32,000 nt of DNA from Akkermansia muciniphila ATCC BAA-835 (GCF_000020225.1 NC_010655.1:1290001-1322000); one strand, 5' to 3'. Counted from the stretch's first letter, positions 13,611 through 23,290 are shown. The notes: generated from the letters alone by a model not told the origin. Made by a program: numbers and translations.

Positions 13611-14615
13611 CTAAAGTTCGCCGGCCTTTCTCAGGTCTTCGTTAATGGCTTCCAGAACATCCGCTTCCGGGGTGAAATTGGCGGCATGGTAGGAGCTGCG
13701 GACCAACGGCCCGGATGCCACGTGCCTGAAGCCTTTGGAGCGCGCAACTTCCTCATACCGGGCGAAATCATCCGGATGGACGTATTTGACCACCGGAAGA
13801 TGGTTGCGGGAGGGGCGCAGGTATTGCCCCAACGTCAGGACCGTGACGCCGTGCTCCAGCAAATCGTCCATGGAGCGGAAAAGCTCTTCTTCCGTTTCCC
13901 CCAGGCCCAGCATGATGCCGCTCTTTGTAGACACTTTGCCGTCCACGCACTCCAGAGCCATCCGGAGAACGCGCAGGGACCGCCGGTACTGGGCGCGGAA
14001 GCGGACAATGGGCGTGAGGCGTTCCACCGTCTCCAGATTGTGTCCGAAAATATGCGGACGGGCCGCCATGAGCGTCTGGATGGAGGAGGGCTTCTCATTC
14101 AAGTCCGAGGCAAGCACTTCAATGATCGTGGAAGGGCTGGCTTTTCTGACGGCCCTAATTACCTGGGCGAAATGCGCGGCGGCGCCGTCCGGCAAATCAT
14201 CCCGGGTGACCATGGTAATCACGGCGTGGCGCAGCTTCATGTGCACGACGGCTTCCGCCACGTGCTGCGGTTCTTCAGGATCCAGCGGGCCGGGCTTGGC
14301 CGTGCGGGTGGCGCAGAATCCGCAGGCGCGCGTGCACCGTTCTCCGGCAATCATGAACGTGGCCGTACCCTGGTTCCAACATTCATAACGGTTGGGGCAG
14401 TGTGCTTCTTCACAGACGGTGAAGAGGTTTTTGCCTTCCACAAGCTGCTTGACGTCCCAGAATTCCCGGCCGTTGGGCAGACGAACCTTGATCCACGACG
14501 GTTTGCGTTCCGTTCCTTCCGCAGTCTCATTGTCGTTCCGGCGTTCCATAGTCCCGCTAGCTTGCCGTGACTCTGCTGCTTTGGCAAATGCAAAGTGTTT
14601 TATTCCGGACTTCAT
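13611..14615 (-). CDS. lipA: Lipoyl synthase
   Basis: CEEAHCPNRYECW plus the radical-SAM motif CTRACGFCA. The ATGA overlap with the tadA stop supports the start at 14615; an internal ATG at 14549 is also possible. Confidence 0.93.
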   Translation of the reverse strand: MKSGIKHFAFAKAAESRQASGTMERRNDNETAEGTERKPSWIKVRLPNGREFWDVKQLVEGKNLFTVCEEAHCPNRYECWNQGTATFMIAGERCTRACGFCATRTAKPGPLDPEEPQHVAEAVVHMKLRHAVITMVTRDDLPDGAAAHFAQVIRAVRKASPSTIIEVLASDLNEKPSSIQTLMAARPHIFGHNLETVERLTPIVRFRAQYRRSLRVLRMALECVDGKVSTKSGIMLGLGETEEELFRSMDDLLEHGVTVLTLGQYLRPSRNHLPVVKYVHPDDFARYEEVARSKGFRHVASGPLVRSSYHAANFTPEADVLEAINEDLRKAGEL

Positions 14616-15157
14616 TCCCCGTTTTCATCCGGAGGGGAAGAAAGACGCGCAGACAATTTTTTCCGTTCTTTTGCCGCCAGACGCGCCGCACGGAAAAACT
14701 CCTGGAGATGAAGCAGGCACTCGTCTCCCAGTACGCCGGGACGCACCTCGCACTTATGGTTCAGGGGCGGATTGGAATCCAGCAGATTGATCCAGCCCCC
14801 CGCAGCCCCGGTTTTTGCATCCGGGCAGCCGAAAACGACGCGGTCCGGACGGCAGTGGACGATAGCTCCTGCGCACATGGGGCACGGCTCCTTGGTGACA
14901 TACAGGGTGCAGCCTTCCAGCCTCCAGTCGCCCAAAGCCTCCTGTGCCGCCGTCAGGGCAATCATCTCCGCATGGGCCGTAGCATCCTTGAGCGTCTCCA
15001 CCTGGTTCCAGCCCCGGCCGATCACGCGGCCATCCTTCACCACAATGGCTCCAACAGGCACTTCCCCTTTCACGAGGGCCTTTCTGGATTCTTTCATGGC
15101 TTGGCGCATGAACCATTCGTCCGAACCGGGCATTTCCATCATTACGGAGGTTATCAT
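14612..15157 (-). CDS. tadA: tRNA adenosine(34) deaminase
   Basis: CDA-fold motifs HAEMIAL and PCPMCAGAI, with a short basic C-terminal extension. Confidence 0.9.
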   Translation of the reverse strand: MITSVMMEMPGSDEWFMRQAMKESRKALVKGEVPVGAIVVKDGRVIGRGWNQVETLKDATAHAEMIALTAAQEALGDWRLEGCTLYVTKEPCPMCAGAIVHCRPDRVVFGCPDAKTGAAGGWINLLDSNPPLNHKCEVRPGVLGDECLLHLQEFFRAARLAAKERKKLSARLSSPPDENGE

Positions 15158-15301
15158 GGACCGGGCGGCGCGGTTCTGGCAAGCTCTTTCTGGAAGATTC
15201 TTATTGTGTTTTATACGGTAAGTGCGCCATGCCGCGGAAAGGGGTGGGGATGAATGCGTTTTTACGTTGATTCCGGAGAATGGGTGGCATAAGTATGGAC
15301 T

Positions 15302-16300
15302 ATGAGCTTTTCAGAACCCTGTGCCTTGGCCGTTGATTTCGGCGGCACGAGCATCAAAATGGGCGTAACGGCGGGGGATCGTATTCTGGCGACGGCCGAC
15401 CGCATCCCTACTGCCATGTTCGAAAGCCCGCAGGCAATCATTGATGCCATGATTGCGTCCGCCCGCACCCTGCGCGGACAATTCCCCTCCGCCTGTGTGA
15501 TGGGCATGGGAATGCCGGGATGGTGTGATTACCAGCGGGGAGTGCTTTACCAGCTTACCAATGTGAGGGTCTGGGATAGGGAAATTCCGGTGAAAGAGAT
15601 GATGGAGCAGGCCCTGGGCCTCCCCGTCGTGCTGGATAATGACGCCAACTGCATGGCTTATGCGGAATGGAAGCTTGGCGCCGGGCGCGGCATGTCCAGC
15701 CTGGTGTGCCTGACGATGGGAACGGGGATAGGCGGGGGAATCGTGGTGCATGACCGCATGCTGCGGGGAAGGCGGCTTTCCGCTGCGGAACTGGGCCAGA
15801 CCAGCATTCATTACCAGGGGAAAACGGGACCGTTCGGCAGCCGGGGAGCCATTGAGGAATACATCGGCAACAACGAACTGGCGGCGGAGGCGGTTAAACG
15901 GTATGCCGGGGCGGGAATCATCAAGACGGTGGATGAATGCACGCCCAGGCATCTGGACGAGGCTGCCCGGTCCGGATGTCCTATAGCCCTTCAATTATGG
16001 GAAGATACGGCGGAAATGCTGGGCTGCCTGATCATGAACCTGATGTATACGCTGGTGCCGGACGCCTTCATCATCGGGGGCGGTGTGGCCAAGGCAGGGG
16101 ATTTGTTGATGAAGCCGCTGCTGGAGAACCTCAGGAAACAGTTGTTTCCTCTCCTGATGGAGGATTTGAAAATTCTGCCTGCCAGATTTGGAGCGGAGGC
16201 GGGGTTGCTGGGAGCGGGAGCCATGGCGATGGATGAATTCATGGGGCTGGGGATTTTGGAACGGTTTAAGAACCAGAAATCAACGCAGACTTTTTGTTAG
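15302..16300 (+). CDS. ROK-family sugar kinase (glucokinase / N-acetylhexosamine kinase-like)
   Basis: AVDFGGTSIKMG (phosphate-1), LDNDANCMAYAE and GTGIGGGIV. The usual ROK Cys-rich zinc motif is absent (ELGQTSIHYQGKTGPFGSRGAIEEY). Confidence 0.82.
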   Translation: MSFSEPCALAVDFGGTSIKMGVTAGDRILATADRIPTAMFESPQAIIDAMIASARTLRGQFPSACVMGMGMPGWCDYQRGVLYQLTNVRVWDREIPVKEMMEQALGLPVVLDNDANCMAYAEWKLGAGRGMSSLVCLTMGTGIGGGIVVHDRMLRGRRLSAAELGQTSIHYQGKTGPFGSRGAIEEYIGNNELAAEAVKRYAGAGIIKTVDECTPRHLDEAARSGCPIALQLWEDTAEMLGCLIMNLMYTLVPDAFIIGGGVAKAGDLLMKPLLENLRKQLFPLLMEDLKILPARFGAEAGLLGAGAMAMDEFMGLGILERFKNQKSTQTFC

Positions 16301-16310
16301 TTTGGGCTAA
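16297..16310. promoter_or_regulatory. Operator site S6 (TTAGTTTGGGCTAA) overlapping a TAATAT -10 hexamer (16308-16313), 49 nt upstream of the CPC-type ATPase
   Basis: Exact TTAG-N6-CTAA. Its left half overlaps the TAG stop codon of the ROK kinase gene. Confidence 0.55.
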
Positions 16311-16358
16311 TATAGGGCTTGCCATGCCGGAGAGGCAGGCGTACAAGCGGAACAGGTC

Positions 16359-18284
16359 ATGAGCACGGAACATTCCCACGAACATTTTCCGGAAGGTGCT
16401 TCCTGTTGTTCCGGAAGCTGCGGTTCTGGAAGCTGTTGCTGCTCCGGAGACGCCATCGGGCCTGTTCCCGCCGTGCTGGGCATTGCCCTGTTCATCAGTG
16501 CGCTGGCGGCGGGCGGCGATTCCCTGGCCGGTATGGCCGCCTACGTGGGCTCCTACCTGCTGATAGGCTGGGATGTACTGAAGGCCGCCTTTCTGGGGAT
16601 GATGCGCGGCCGCGCCATCAATGAAAATTTTCTGATGAGTATTGCTTCCCTGGGGGCGATGTTCCTGGGGGATTATTCCGAGGCGGTGGGGGTGATGCTG
16701 TTCTACCGCGTGGGAGAGTACCTTCAGGAACGTGCGGTGGGCAGCTCCCGCCGGTCCGTAAGCGAACTGATGAGTCTGAGGCCTGAGGCCGTCCATGTGA
16801 AAAAAGCCGGAGCCGTAGATGACGTTCCTCCTTCCGAGGTTCTGCCCGGCTCCCTGATTGAAGTGCGCCCCGGCGAACGCGTTCCGTTGGACGGTGTGGT
16901 AACGGGAGGCTGCTCCGTGCTGGATACCTCCGCCATGACCGGGGAATCCCTGCCGGTGGAAGCCGGATCCGGAAGCTCCGTGCTGGCGGGGTACATCAAC
17001 GGGCAGGGTGTGCTGGAAGTGTGTACGGAGCGGGACTGGCGGCATTCCGCCCTGGCGCGGGTCCAGGAACTGGTGGAAGCCGCATCAGGCCGCAAATCCC
17101 CTCTGGAGGGGAGGCTGTCCTCATTTTCCCGCATTTATACGCCGCTGGTGATTTCCATAGCCGCTCTGGTATTTTTGCTTTATCCCCTTGTGACGGGCGG
17201 AAGCTGGGCGGACGGTCTGTTCCGCGCCCTGGTCCTGCTGGTGATTTCCTGCCCCTGCGCGCTGGTGCTGTCCATCCCGCTGGGCTTTTTTGCCGGAATA
17301 GGGAGAGCGGCGCGGCAGGGGATTTTGCTGAAAGGGAGCAACTATCTGGATGCCCTGCGGAAGGTGAAGACGGTGGTGTTTGACAAAACCGGAACCTTGA
17401 CGGAAGGCGTTTTTTCCGTGGATGAAGTGCTTCCCCGTGACGGCGTTTCCCCGGAGGAACTGCTGTACTGGGCGGCCCATGCGGAACTCTCCGCCTCCCA
17501 TCCGCTGGGGCGTTCCATTGTGAAGGCATATGAAGGGACTCTGTTTCCGGACCGCGTGGCGGAACTGGTGGAGGTGACGGGCGGCGGCGTTTCAGCCCGC
17601 GTGGAAGGGAGACCGGTTCTGGTGGGGAAAAAGTCTTTTCTTCAAGAGGCCGGCGTAAGGACGGAGGAGGGAGAAGACCGTGGCGTGACCGTTTATGCGG
17701 CGTTGGACGGCATACTTCTGGGATGCCTCCGCCTGTCTGACCGCGTCAAGCCGGGAGCGGAGCGTGCGGTGCGGAAATTGAGGGAACTGGGCGTTTCCAA
17801 CCTGGTCATGCTGACGGGGGATTCTTCTTCCGCCGGAACGGAAGTGGGGCTTAAGCTGGGGATGGACGGGGTATTCTGCGGGCTGATGCCTGCCGGCAAG
17901 CTGGAGCATGTGCGCCGGCTGAAACCTGAAACGGGGCTGCTTGCCTTTGTGGGGGACGGTATGAATGACGCCCCTTCCCTCGCTGCTGCCGACATCGGAA
18001 TTGCCATGGGCGGCGTAGGGTCCGATACGGCTCTTCAGGCGGCTGACGTAGTGGTGATGAAGGGAGATCCTTTGGCTGTTCCGCTGGGGATGATGCTTTC
18101 CCAAGCCACAGAGCGCATCATTGTGCAGAACATCGTTCTTATTTTGGGCGTCAAAATTCTGGTCATGGTGCTGGGTATTCTGGGGCTGGCTGGGATGTGG
18201 GCCGCCGTGATGGCGGATGTGGGCGTCTGCCTGCTTGCGGTGGGCAACTCCATGCGTATTTTCCGGGTGAAGCTGGACATGTGA
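16359..18284 (+). CDS. P1B-2-like (Zn/Cd/Pb-type) heavy-metal ATPase
   Basis: Cys/His-rich N-terminus MSTEHSHEHFPEGASCCSGSCGSGSCCCSGD. Also SCPCAL, DKTGTLT, GDGMNDAPSL, and the final helix ADVGVCLLAVGNSMR (Asp as in ZntA/CadA). Confidence 0.9.
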   Translation: MSTEHSHEHFPEGASCCSGSCGSGSCCCSGDAIGPVPAVLGIALFISALAAGGDSLAGMAAYVGSYLLIGWDVLKAAFLGMMRGRAINENFLMSIASLGAMFLGDYSEAVGVMLFYRVGEYLQERAVGSSRRSVSELMSLRPEAVHVKKAGAVDDVPPSEVLPGSLIEVRPGERVPLDGVVTGGCSVLDTSAMTGESLPVEAGSGSSVLAGYINGQGVLEVCTERDWRHSALARVQELVEAASGRKSPLEGRLSSFSRIYTPLVISIAALVFLLYPLVTGGSWADGLFRALVLLVISCPCALVLSIPLGFFAGIGRAARQGILLKGSNYLDALRKVKTVVFDKTGTLTEGVFSVDEVLPRDGVSPEELLYWAAHAELSASHPLGRSIVKAYEGTLFPDRVAELVEVTGGGVSARVEGRPVLVGKKSFLQEAGVRTEEGEDRGVTVYAALDGILLGCLRLSDRVKPGAERAVRKLRELGVSNLVMLTGDSSSAGTEVGLKLGMDGVFCGLMPAGKLEHVRRLKPETGLLAFVGDGMNDAPSLAAADIGIAMGGVGSDTALQAADVVVMKGDPLAVPLGMMLSQATERIIVQNIVLILGVKILVMVLGILGLAGMWAAVMADVGVCLLAVGNSMRIFRVKLDM

Positions 18285-18384
18285 CGAAAGGGAACTCTCT
18301 TCCTCCCCCTGTTTATGGGAGGATGCCCCCATCCCGATATCCGGATGCTGCCGCGGAATCTTGGAACAGCGGAAGATATCCTGA

Positions 18385-18419
18385 TAAAAAAGCCTCCGTT
18401 CCGGCGGGCGGAACGGAGG
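18385..18419 (-). terminator. Intrinsic terminator after rho; the hairpin may also serve the convergent ATPase gene
   Basis: Perfect 11-bp stem CCTCCGTTCCG / CGGAACGGAGG with a 5-nt loop. The minus-strand tail is CTTTTTTAT. Confidence 0.8.
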
Positions 18420-18449
18420 ACGGGGGAAAAACAGGCCGGGCAGAAAATC

Positions 18450-19874
18450 TTACCGCAGCCCCGTCAGCAGAAGTTCCGCGTTATTCTGTGTCTTGGAGAT
18501 ATTTTGCAGGAGAGTCTGAAGGCCTTCCCAGCCCGGTTTCATGGCGAGCTGGCGGCGCAATTGCATGATTTTGACGAATTCCTGTTCGTTATACAGCCTG
18601 TCGTCATTGCGGGTGCCGCTCTGGGAAAGGGAAATGGCCGGATAAATGCGCCGTTCGGAAAGTTCCCGGTCCAGGCGGATTTCCAGATTGCCCGTTCCCT
18701 TGAATTCTTCAAAAATCACTTCGTCCATTCTTGATTCCGTGTCTACCAGGCATGTGGCGATGATGGTCAGGCTGCCTCCTTCTTCCACATTGCGCGCCGC
18801 GGAAAAGAATTTGCGCGGTTTTTCCAATGCATTGGACCCCAGGCCGCCGGACATGATGCGTCCTCCCGTCTGGTTGGCATTGTAGCCGCGGGCCAGCCTG
18901 GTGAGGGAATCCAGCAGGATGACGACGTCTCTGCCCATTTCCACCAGGCGTTTGGCCCGTTCGATAACCAGATCGGAAACCTGGGCATGGCGCCGGGAAG
19001 GTTCGTCAAAAGTGGAGGCGAATACCGGAGCATCCACGGTTTCTTCAAAATCCGTTACTTCCTCCGGACGTTCGTCCAGCAACAGCACAATCAGTTCCAC
19101 TTCCGGATAATTGGCCCTGATGGAACGGGCGATTGTTTTCAGAAGAACGGTTTTTCCTCCGCGCGGGGGGGCCACAATCAGGCCGCGCTGCCCTTTGCCG
19201 AAGGGCGTCATGAGGTCCAGCACGCGCATGGCGGCGGAATTGACCCCCTTGTTTTCCAGAAGGAGGCGTTCCTTGGGGAAGAGGGGGGTGAGGCGTTCAA
19301 AATCGCTGCGCGCCCGGTAGTCTTCCGCAGGGATGTCCTCCACGCTGATGACGGAGGCTGCAGAAAGGTACTTGTCATGAGGCCGCAATTTGCGCAGCCT
19401 GACCTTGATCTGCTGGCCTACGCGGAGATGCAGGGGTTTGATGAGATTGCCGCCCAGATAAATATCATCCGGAGAGGTGCGGAAACTTTTCACCGGATCC
19501 CTCAGCATGGCGTAATTATCCTTGGCTTGTTCCATGACCCCGGAAACTACGACTTCATGGCCCTTTGCCAGAAGCTGTTTCCCCAATTCAAAAACCAGCT
19601 GGGACTTGGTGAGGGAGGCCGCGTTCCGGATGGGCAGCCCTTCCGCCATTTCCTGAAGATCGTTCAGGGGGCGTTTCCGCAGTTCATTGATGTCAATCTG
19701 CTCCAGAACAGGGGCTGCTTCCTCCTCCTCCCGGACTGCGTTTCCTCTATTTTCCTCCGGAGCGGCAGCCGGCTGTTCCCCGGCGGTTTCTTCCGGCGCG
19801 GGCAGGGGCTTGGGGAGGGTTTCCTGCGGAATATCTCCGGCGGGGGAAGGGGTGTTGTCGAGTTCTTCAGTCAT
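18450..19874 (-). CDS. rho: Transcription termination factor Rho with a ~55-aa acidic/Pro-rich N-terminal extension
   Basis: Walker [25 protein letters not shown], and a C-terminal block [11 protein letters not shown]. The start chosen is MTEELDN at 19874, which overlaps the coaE stop by 8 nt. Confidence 0.95.
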   Translation of the reverse strand: MTEELDNTPSPAGDIPQETLPKPLPAPEETAGEQPAAAPEENRGNAVREEEEAAPVLEQIDINELRKRPLNDLQEMAEGLPIRNAASLTKSQLVFELGKQLLAKGHEVVVSGVMEQAKDNYAMLRDPVKSFRTSPDDIYLGGNLIKPLHLRVGQQIKVRLRKLRPHDKYLSAASVISVEDIPAEDYRARSDFERLTPLFPKERLLLENKGVNSAAMRVLDLMTPFGKGQRGLIVAPPRGGKTVLLKTIARSIRANYPEVELIVLLLDERPEEVTDFEETVDAPVFASTFDEPSRRHAQVSDLVIERAKRLVEMGRDVVILLDSLTRLARGYNANQTGGRIMSGGLGSNALEKPRKFFSAARNVEEGGSLTIIATCLVDTESRMDEVIFEEFKGTGNLEIRLDRELSERRIYPAISLSQSGTRNDDRLYNEQEFVKIMQLRRQLAMKPGWEGLQTLLQNISKTQNNAELLLTGLR

Positions 19875-20472
19875 GAAAAAAATGTTGGTAAAGTCTTTGG
19901 GTTTGCTGGCGGAGCAGGTCCGGGGGGCCTTCATTCCAGATGACGAAGTCGGCCGCAGCCACTTTTTCCATGATAGGCCGCTGGGCCGCCAGAATGGCTT
20001 CAATCATATCCTCCCGGAATCCATTCCTGATAGCCAGGCGGGTTTTCTGCGTTCCCCTGGAAACAGCCACCACGCACACGGCATCTTGGCAATAGCGCGC
20101 CGAAGTTTCAAAAAACAGGGGCACGTCAATGACAAACCCGTCCACCTCCGTATTCTGACGCGCCGCCAGCATTTGCGCAAGACATTCTTGATGCAGCAGG
20201 GGGTGAATGATCCCTTCCAGCGTTCTGCGGCTTTCCGGATTCCGGAAAACAAGCTCCCGCAGAAAATGCCTGTCAGCCTTTCCGGAGGAGTCTACGCTGG
20301 CTGGGCCGAAGACGCTGGAGAGGGGGGCTTTCAGCGTACCGCCATCCAGCAATCTGCCCGCCTCCGCATCACAGTCAAACAGGCGCAGGCGCGCGCCTCC
20401 CGCCTCCATCAGCAGACGGATGAATGTAGATTTCCCGGTGGCTATTCCTCCGGTAACAATCAGGGTTTTCAT
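19867..20472 (-). CDS. coaE: Dephospho-CoA kinase
   Basis: MKTLIVTGGIATGKSTF P-loop; about 200 aa with CoaE-like layout. Confidence 0.88.
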   Translation of the reverse strand: MKTLIVTGGIATGKSTFIRLLMEAGGARLRLFDCDAEAGRLLDGGTLKAPLSSVFGPASVDSSGKADRHFLRELVFRNPESRRTLEGIIHPLLHQECLAQMLAARQNTEVDGFVIDVPLFFETSARYCQDAVCVVAVSRGTQKTRLAIRNGFREDMIEAILAAQRPIMEKVAAADFVIWNEGPPDLLRQQTQRLYQHFFHD

Positions 20473-20500
20473 GGGGGGAAGGGAAAGTAAGGCGCTTCTG

Positions 20501-20542
20501 GGATATAAAGAGCGGGTGAAAGGGTTACCCTTTCACCCGCTC
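20501..20542 (-). terminator. Hairpin terminator after the secretin gene
   Basis: Perfect 15-bp stem GAGCGGGTGAAAGGG / CCCTTTCACCCGCTC with a 3-nt loop. The minus-strand tail is TTTATATCC. It lies about 30 nt upstream of the coaE ATG. Confidence 0.7.
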
Positions 20543-20566
20543 CAATATGGACGTTATGCACGCAGC

Positions 20567-23290
20567 CTACATGGGAGGCAGCAGGCCTTCGGAGGCGGGA
20601 AGGGCGCTTTCCGGAGCGGCCGCAGTGGGAAGGGCATTGCCGCGTACGGGCTGGCCCGTGGCGTCAATGATCTGTCCCGTTACGAAGATCATCAGATTCT
20701 TCTTGATGTGGTTGTCGGAGTTGCTGCGGAAGAAGCGGCCGATGAGAGGCAGGTCACCGAAGATCGGCACTTTGTCTTCCACCGTCTGCACGTTTTCCGT
20801 GATCAAACCACCGATTGCCACGGTATGGCCGTCGTAGATGAACAGGGACGTTTCAACGGACCTCTTGGAGAAGATCGGCTGCTCGATGCGGTTTTCCGTC
20901 AGCGTCAGGGACATCGGCTTGCCGTCGGAACCAACGCCGGTGGACTGGATCGGGCTGCCGTAGTTCACGAAGCCTTCAAATTCCACGATGCTGGGCTTGA
21001 AGTTCAGGTCGATGATGTACTTGTTGTCGCCAATGGTAGGCACCACTTCCAGAGTTACGCCGACGGGCTTCATTTCAAACACGCCGGGGGTGGCGGGAGT
21101 GACGGGGAAGCTGGATATCTGGGGCTGGATCTGATTGCCCAGCAGGCCGTCCACGATGTTACCGTTGTTCCCATAACCGTAACCGTTGTTATAGCCGCTG
21201 TTGCCTACGGAGTTGGGGAGTTCCGGCGGTTCGTATTCGGTGGGATACCAGAATTCGCGGATGATTTCAATCTTGGCGGTTTCACCGGACTTGGCGGTCA
21301 CGCTGGGGGCGGTGAGGACGTCAGAGCCTTTTTTCTGGGACAGGCCGCGCATCAGCATCTGGAAGGAGCCTTCGTCATAAATGCCCGTCAGGGACATGAT
21401 GCCGGGAGCGGCGTTTTTCTGGGAGGCTTCAGAGCGGTTGGTGCTGTTCAGCAGATTGTCCACGGAGTTCTTGGTGATGGCGTAGTCACCCGTGCGGTTG
21501 CCGCCGGTAACGAGGCCGTTGATGGTGTCGCTGCCGCTGTTTACAGGCCAGCCGGTCACGCCGCCGGGAGACTGGGTAAAGCTGTCGGAAGTGGAACCGG
21601 TGCCGTAGTTCGTGCCGCCGCCCAGGAAGGTGCTGCGGTCATTGCTTACGGAGAACGGGGTGACAATCCAGTCAAAGCCGAGTTCTTCCGTGTTTTCCTG
21701 GGTTACTTCCACGAACTTGGTCATGATGCGCACCTGCTGGGATTCGCCGCGGGTGTTTTCAATGAGCTGTTCGATCAGGTCCAGGTTGCCGGAAGTGTTG
21801 CGGACGACCAGGGAGGAATTGCCGTTGACAAGGAATGCCGTGGCGCCTTCCGGGAAGCTGATGCCGCTCTTTTGCAGCAGGCTGCGGATGGAGGGCATGG
21901 GCTTAAGGCCGGAGGAGCTTTCGCCACCGCCGCCAAAGGGGTCGTCACTGACTTCGCCGCCGCCGTCGCCGACGGTGGTGCGGAGAGCGGACTGGAAGCC
22001 CGGGGGCACGGAGAAGGTGCGCTGGTACAGATCCACGTCATTGCCGCCGGCAGGAAGGATGGTCACTGCATAGTCTTCCACCTTCTGGCGCAGGCCGGCA
22101 TTGCTGCAGATGAAACGGAGCACTTCCAGCATGGGAACATTAGTCAGCTTCAACTGGCCGATTTTGCGGGTGCGGATGCTTTCCTGCGGGGCTGCTGCCG
22201 GAGCAGCTTCCGTGACTTCCGCAGTTTCTTCGCCAAAGCCGTCTTCATCAGTTGCGGGAACGGCGGGGGCGACGGCAGCGGGCTGGGAATCATTGATGAC
22301 AAAGTTGATGCCGCGTTCACCGTTCGGGCCTACCGTGCGGTCCAGTTCAATGGACTTTTTGCGCAGATAGTCAATGGCGTCTTCCACGGTGGTGTCTTCA
22401 AAAGAGACGGAGGGGATGATGATGCTCTTGAGCTTCATCAGATTGGCCGTGGCGCCGTTGATGTCCGTGATCGGTGCGTTGTCAGTGCCGTCGGCTCCGG
22501 TCGGGACTTCCATCGGGATGGGGCGTTCCCACATCTTGTCCACTTCCGCCAGCATGGTGCTGCGGGTTTCGTCGTAAGCGGCTGCATAGTAAGCCATTCT
22601 GCGGCGGTTGACCGTTTCCTGTCCGCGGCGGGCCGCCACGTTGTACGGGTCGATGGAGAGAACCTTGTTGAATTCGGCGATGGCTTTGTCGTAGTCGCCG
22701 AGGTCATAGTAACCATAGGCCATGTGAAGGAGGGTGTTCACCTTTTCCACGTTTTTCACGTGTTCGGGGGTGAGCGCCGGATTCGTGCGAATCGGGTCCT
22801 TCATGTATTCGAGCGTTTGCTTGGCAAGCTTGGCGCTCCGGGGATTGAGCTTGATGGCATCCTGCAGAAGCTTGTCGGCTTCGTCATAGCGCCCCACTTT
22901 GATGTATTCCTGAGCAACGGCGATGCTGGCGTCGCCAATATGGTTGGCGATAGCTTCCTTGCGCTGGTCGTTGATCGGCGCGGAAGGCAGCATGTTGTAA
23001 GCGGCGTTGTATTTGTCCAGGGCTTCCTTGTACTTGCCTTCGCGGTACAGGTTGCGGCCTTCCGCAAGGAGCTGCATGGCTTCCTGGGTTTGCGCTTCGC
23101 GGCGGGCCATGGCTGTGCGCGCTGCACTGGACTGGTATTGGTAACTGCCCGGTCCGGCGTAGGACGATCCCAAGGCACTGGAGGTTCCGACGGCGCCGCC
23201 ATCACCAGCCTGCGCAAACGGGCAGGAGGCAGCAATGGCCATCAGCGCGATCAGGGAACGCTTCGGTTGATAAAGTGGTGCGTGGTCCAT
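20567..23290 (-). CDS. Secretin (PilQ/GspD family) with N-terminal TPR domain; corresponds to Amuc_1098 by synteny
   Basis: 907 aa. C-terminal secretin block ...[16 protein letters not shown]...[11 protein letters not shown]-terminal TPR-like repeats ([55 protein letters not shown]). Signal sequence with a possible lipobox, IAASC. Confidence 0.9.
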   Translation of the reverse strand: MDHAPLYQPKRSLIALMAIAASCPFAQAGDGGAVGTSSALGSSYAGPGSYQYQSSAARTAMARREAQTQEAMQLLAEGRNLYREGKYKEALDKYNAAYNMLPSAPINDQRKEAIANHIGDASIAVAQEYIKVGRYDEADKLLQDAIKLNPRSAKLAKQTLEYMKDPIRTNPALTPEHVKNVEKVNTLLHMAYGYYDLGDYDKAIAEFNKVLSIDPYNVAARRGQETVNRRRMAYYAAAYDETRSTMLAEVDKMWERPIPMEVPTGADGTDNAPITDINGATANLMKLKSIIIPSVSFEDTTVEDAIDYLRKKSIELDRTVGPNGERGINFVINDSQPAAVAPAVPATDEDGFGEETAEVTEAAPAAAPQESIRTRKIGQLKLTNVPMLEVLRFICSNAGLRQKVEDYAVTILPAGGNDVDLYQRTFSVPPGFQSALRTTVGDGGGEVSDDPFGGGGESSSGLKPMPSIRSLLQKSGISFPEGATAFLVNGNSSLVVRNTSGNLDLIEQLIENTRGESQQVRIMTKFVEVTQENTEELGFDWIVTPFSVSNDRSTFLGGGTNYGTGSTSDSFTQSPGGVTGWPVNSGSDTINGLVTGGNRTGDYAITKNSVDNLLNSTNRSEASQKNAAPGIMSLTGIYDEGSFQMLMRGLSQKKGSDVLTAPSVTAKSGETAKIEIIREFWYPTEYEPPELPNSVGNSGYNNGYGYGNNGNIVDGLLGNQIQPQISSFPVTPATPGVFEMKPVGVTLEVVPTIGDNKYIIDLNFKPSIVEFEGFVNYGSPIQSTGVGSDGKPMSLTLTENRIEQPIFSKRSVETSLFIYDGHTVAIGGLITENVQTVEDKVPIFGDLPLIGRFFRSNSDNHIKKNLMIFVTGQIIDATGQPVRGNALPTAAAPESALPASEGLLPPM

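Noticed and set aside
16266-18332. Minus-strand ORFs 16266-17045, 16996-17529 and 17592-18332
   Set aside because: They are antisense to the CPC-type ATPase, which has the full set of P-type motifs. Their composition is His/Arg/Gly/Pro-rich.
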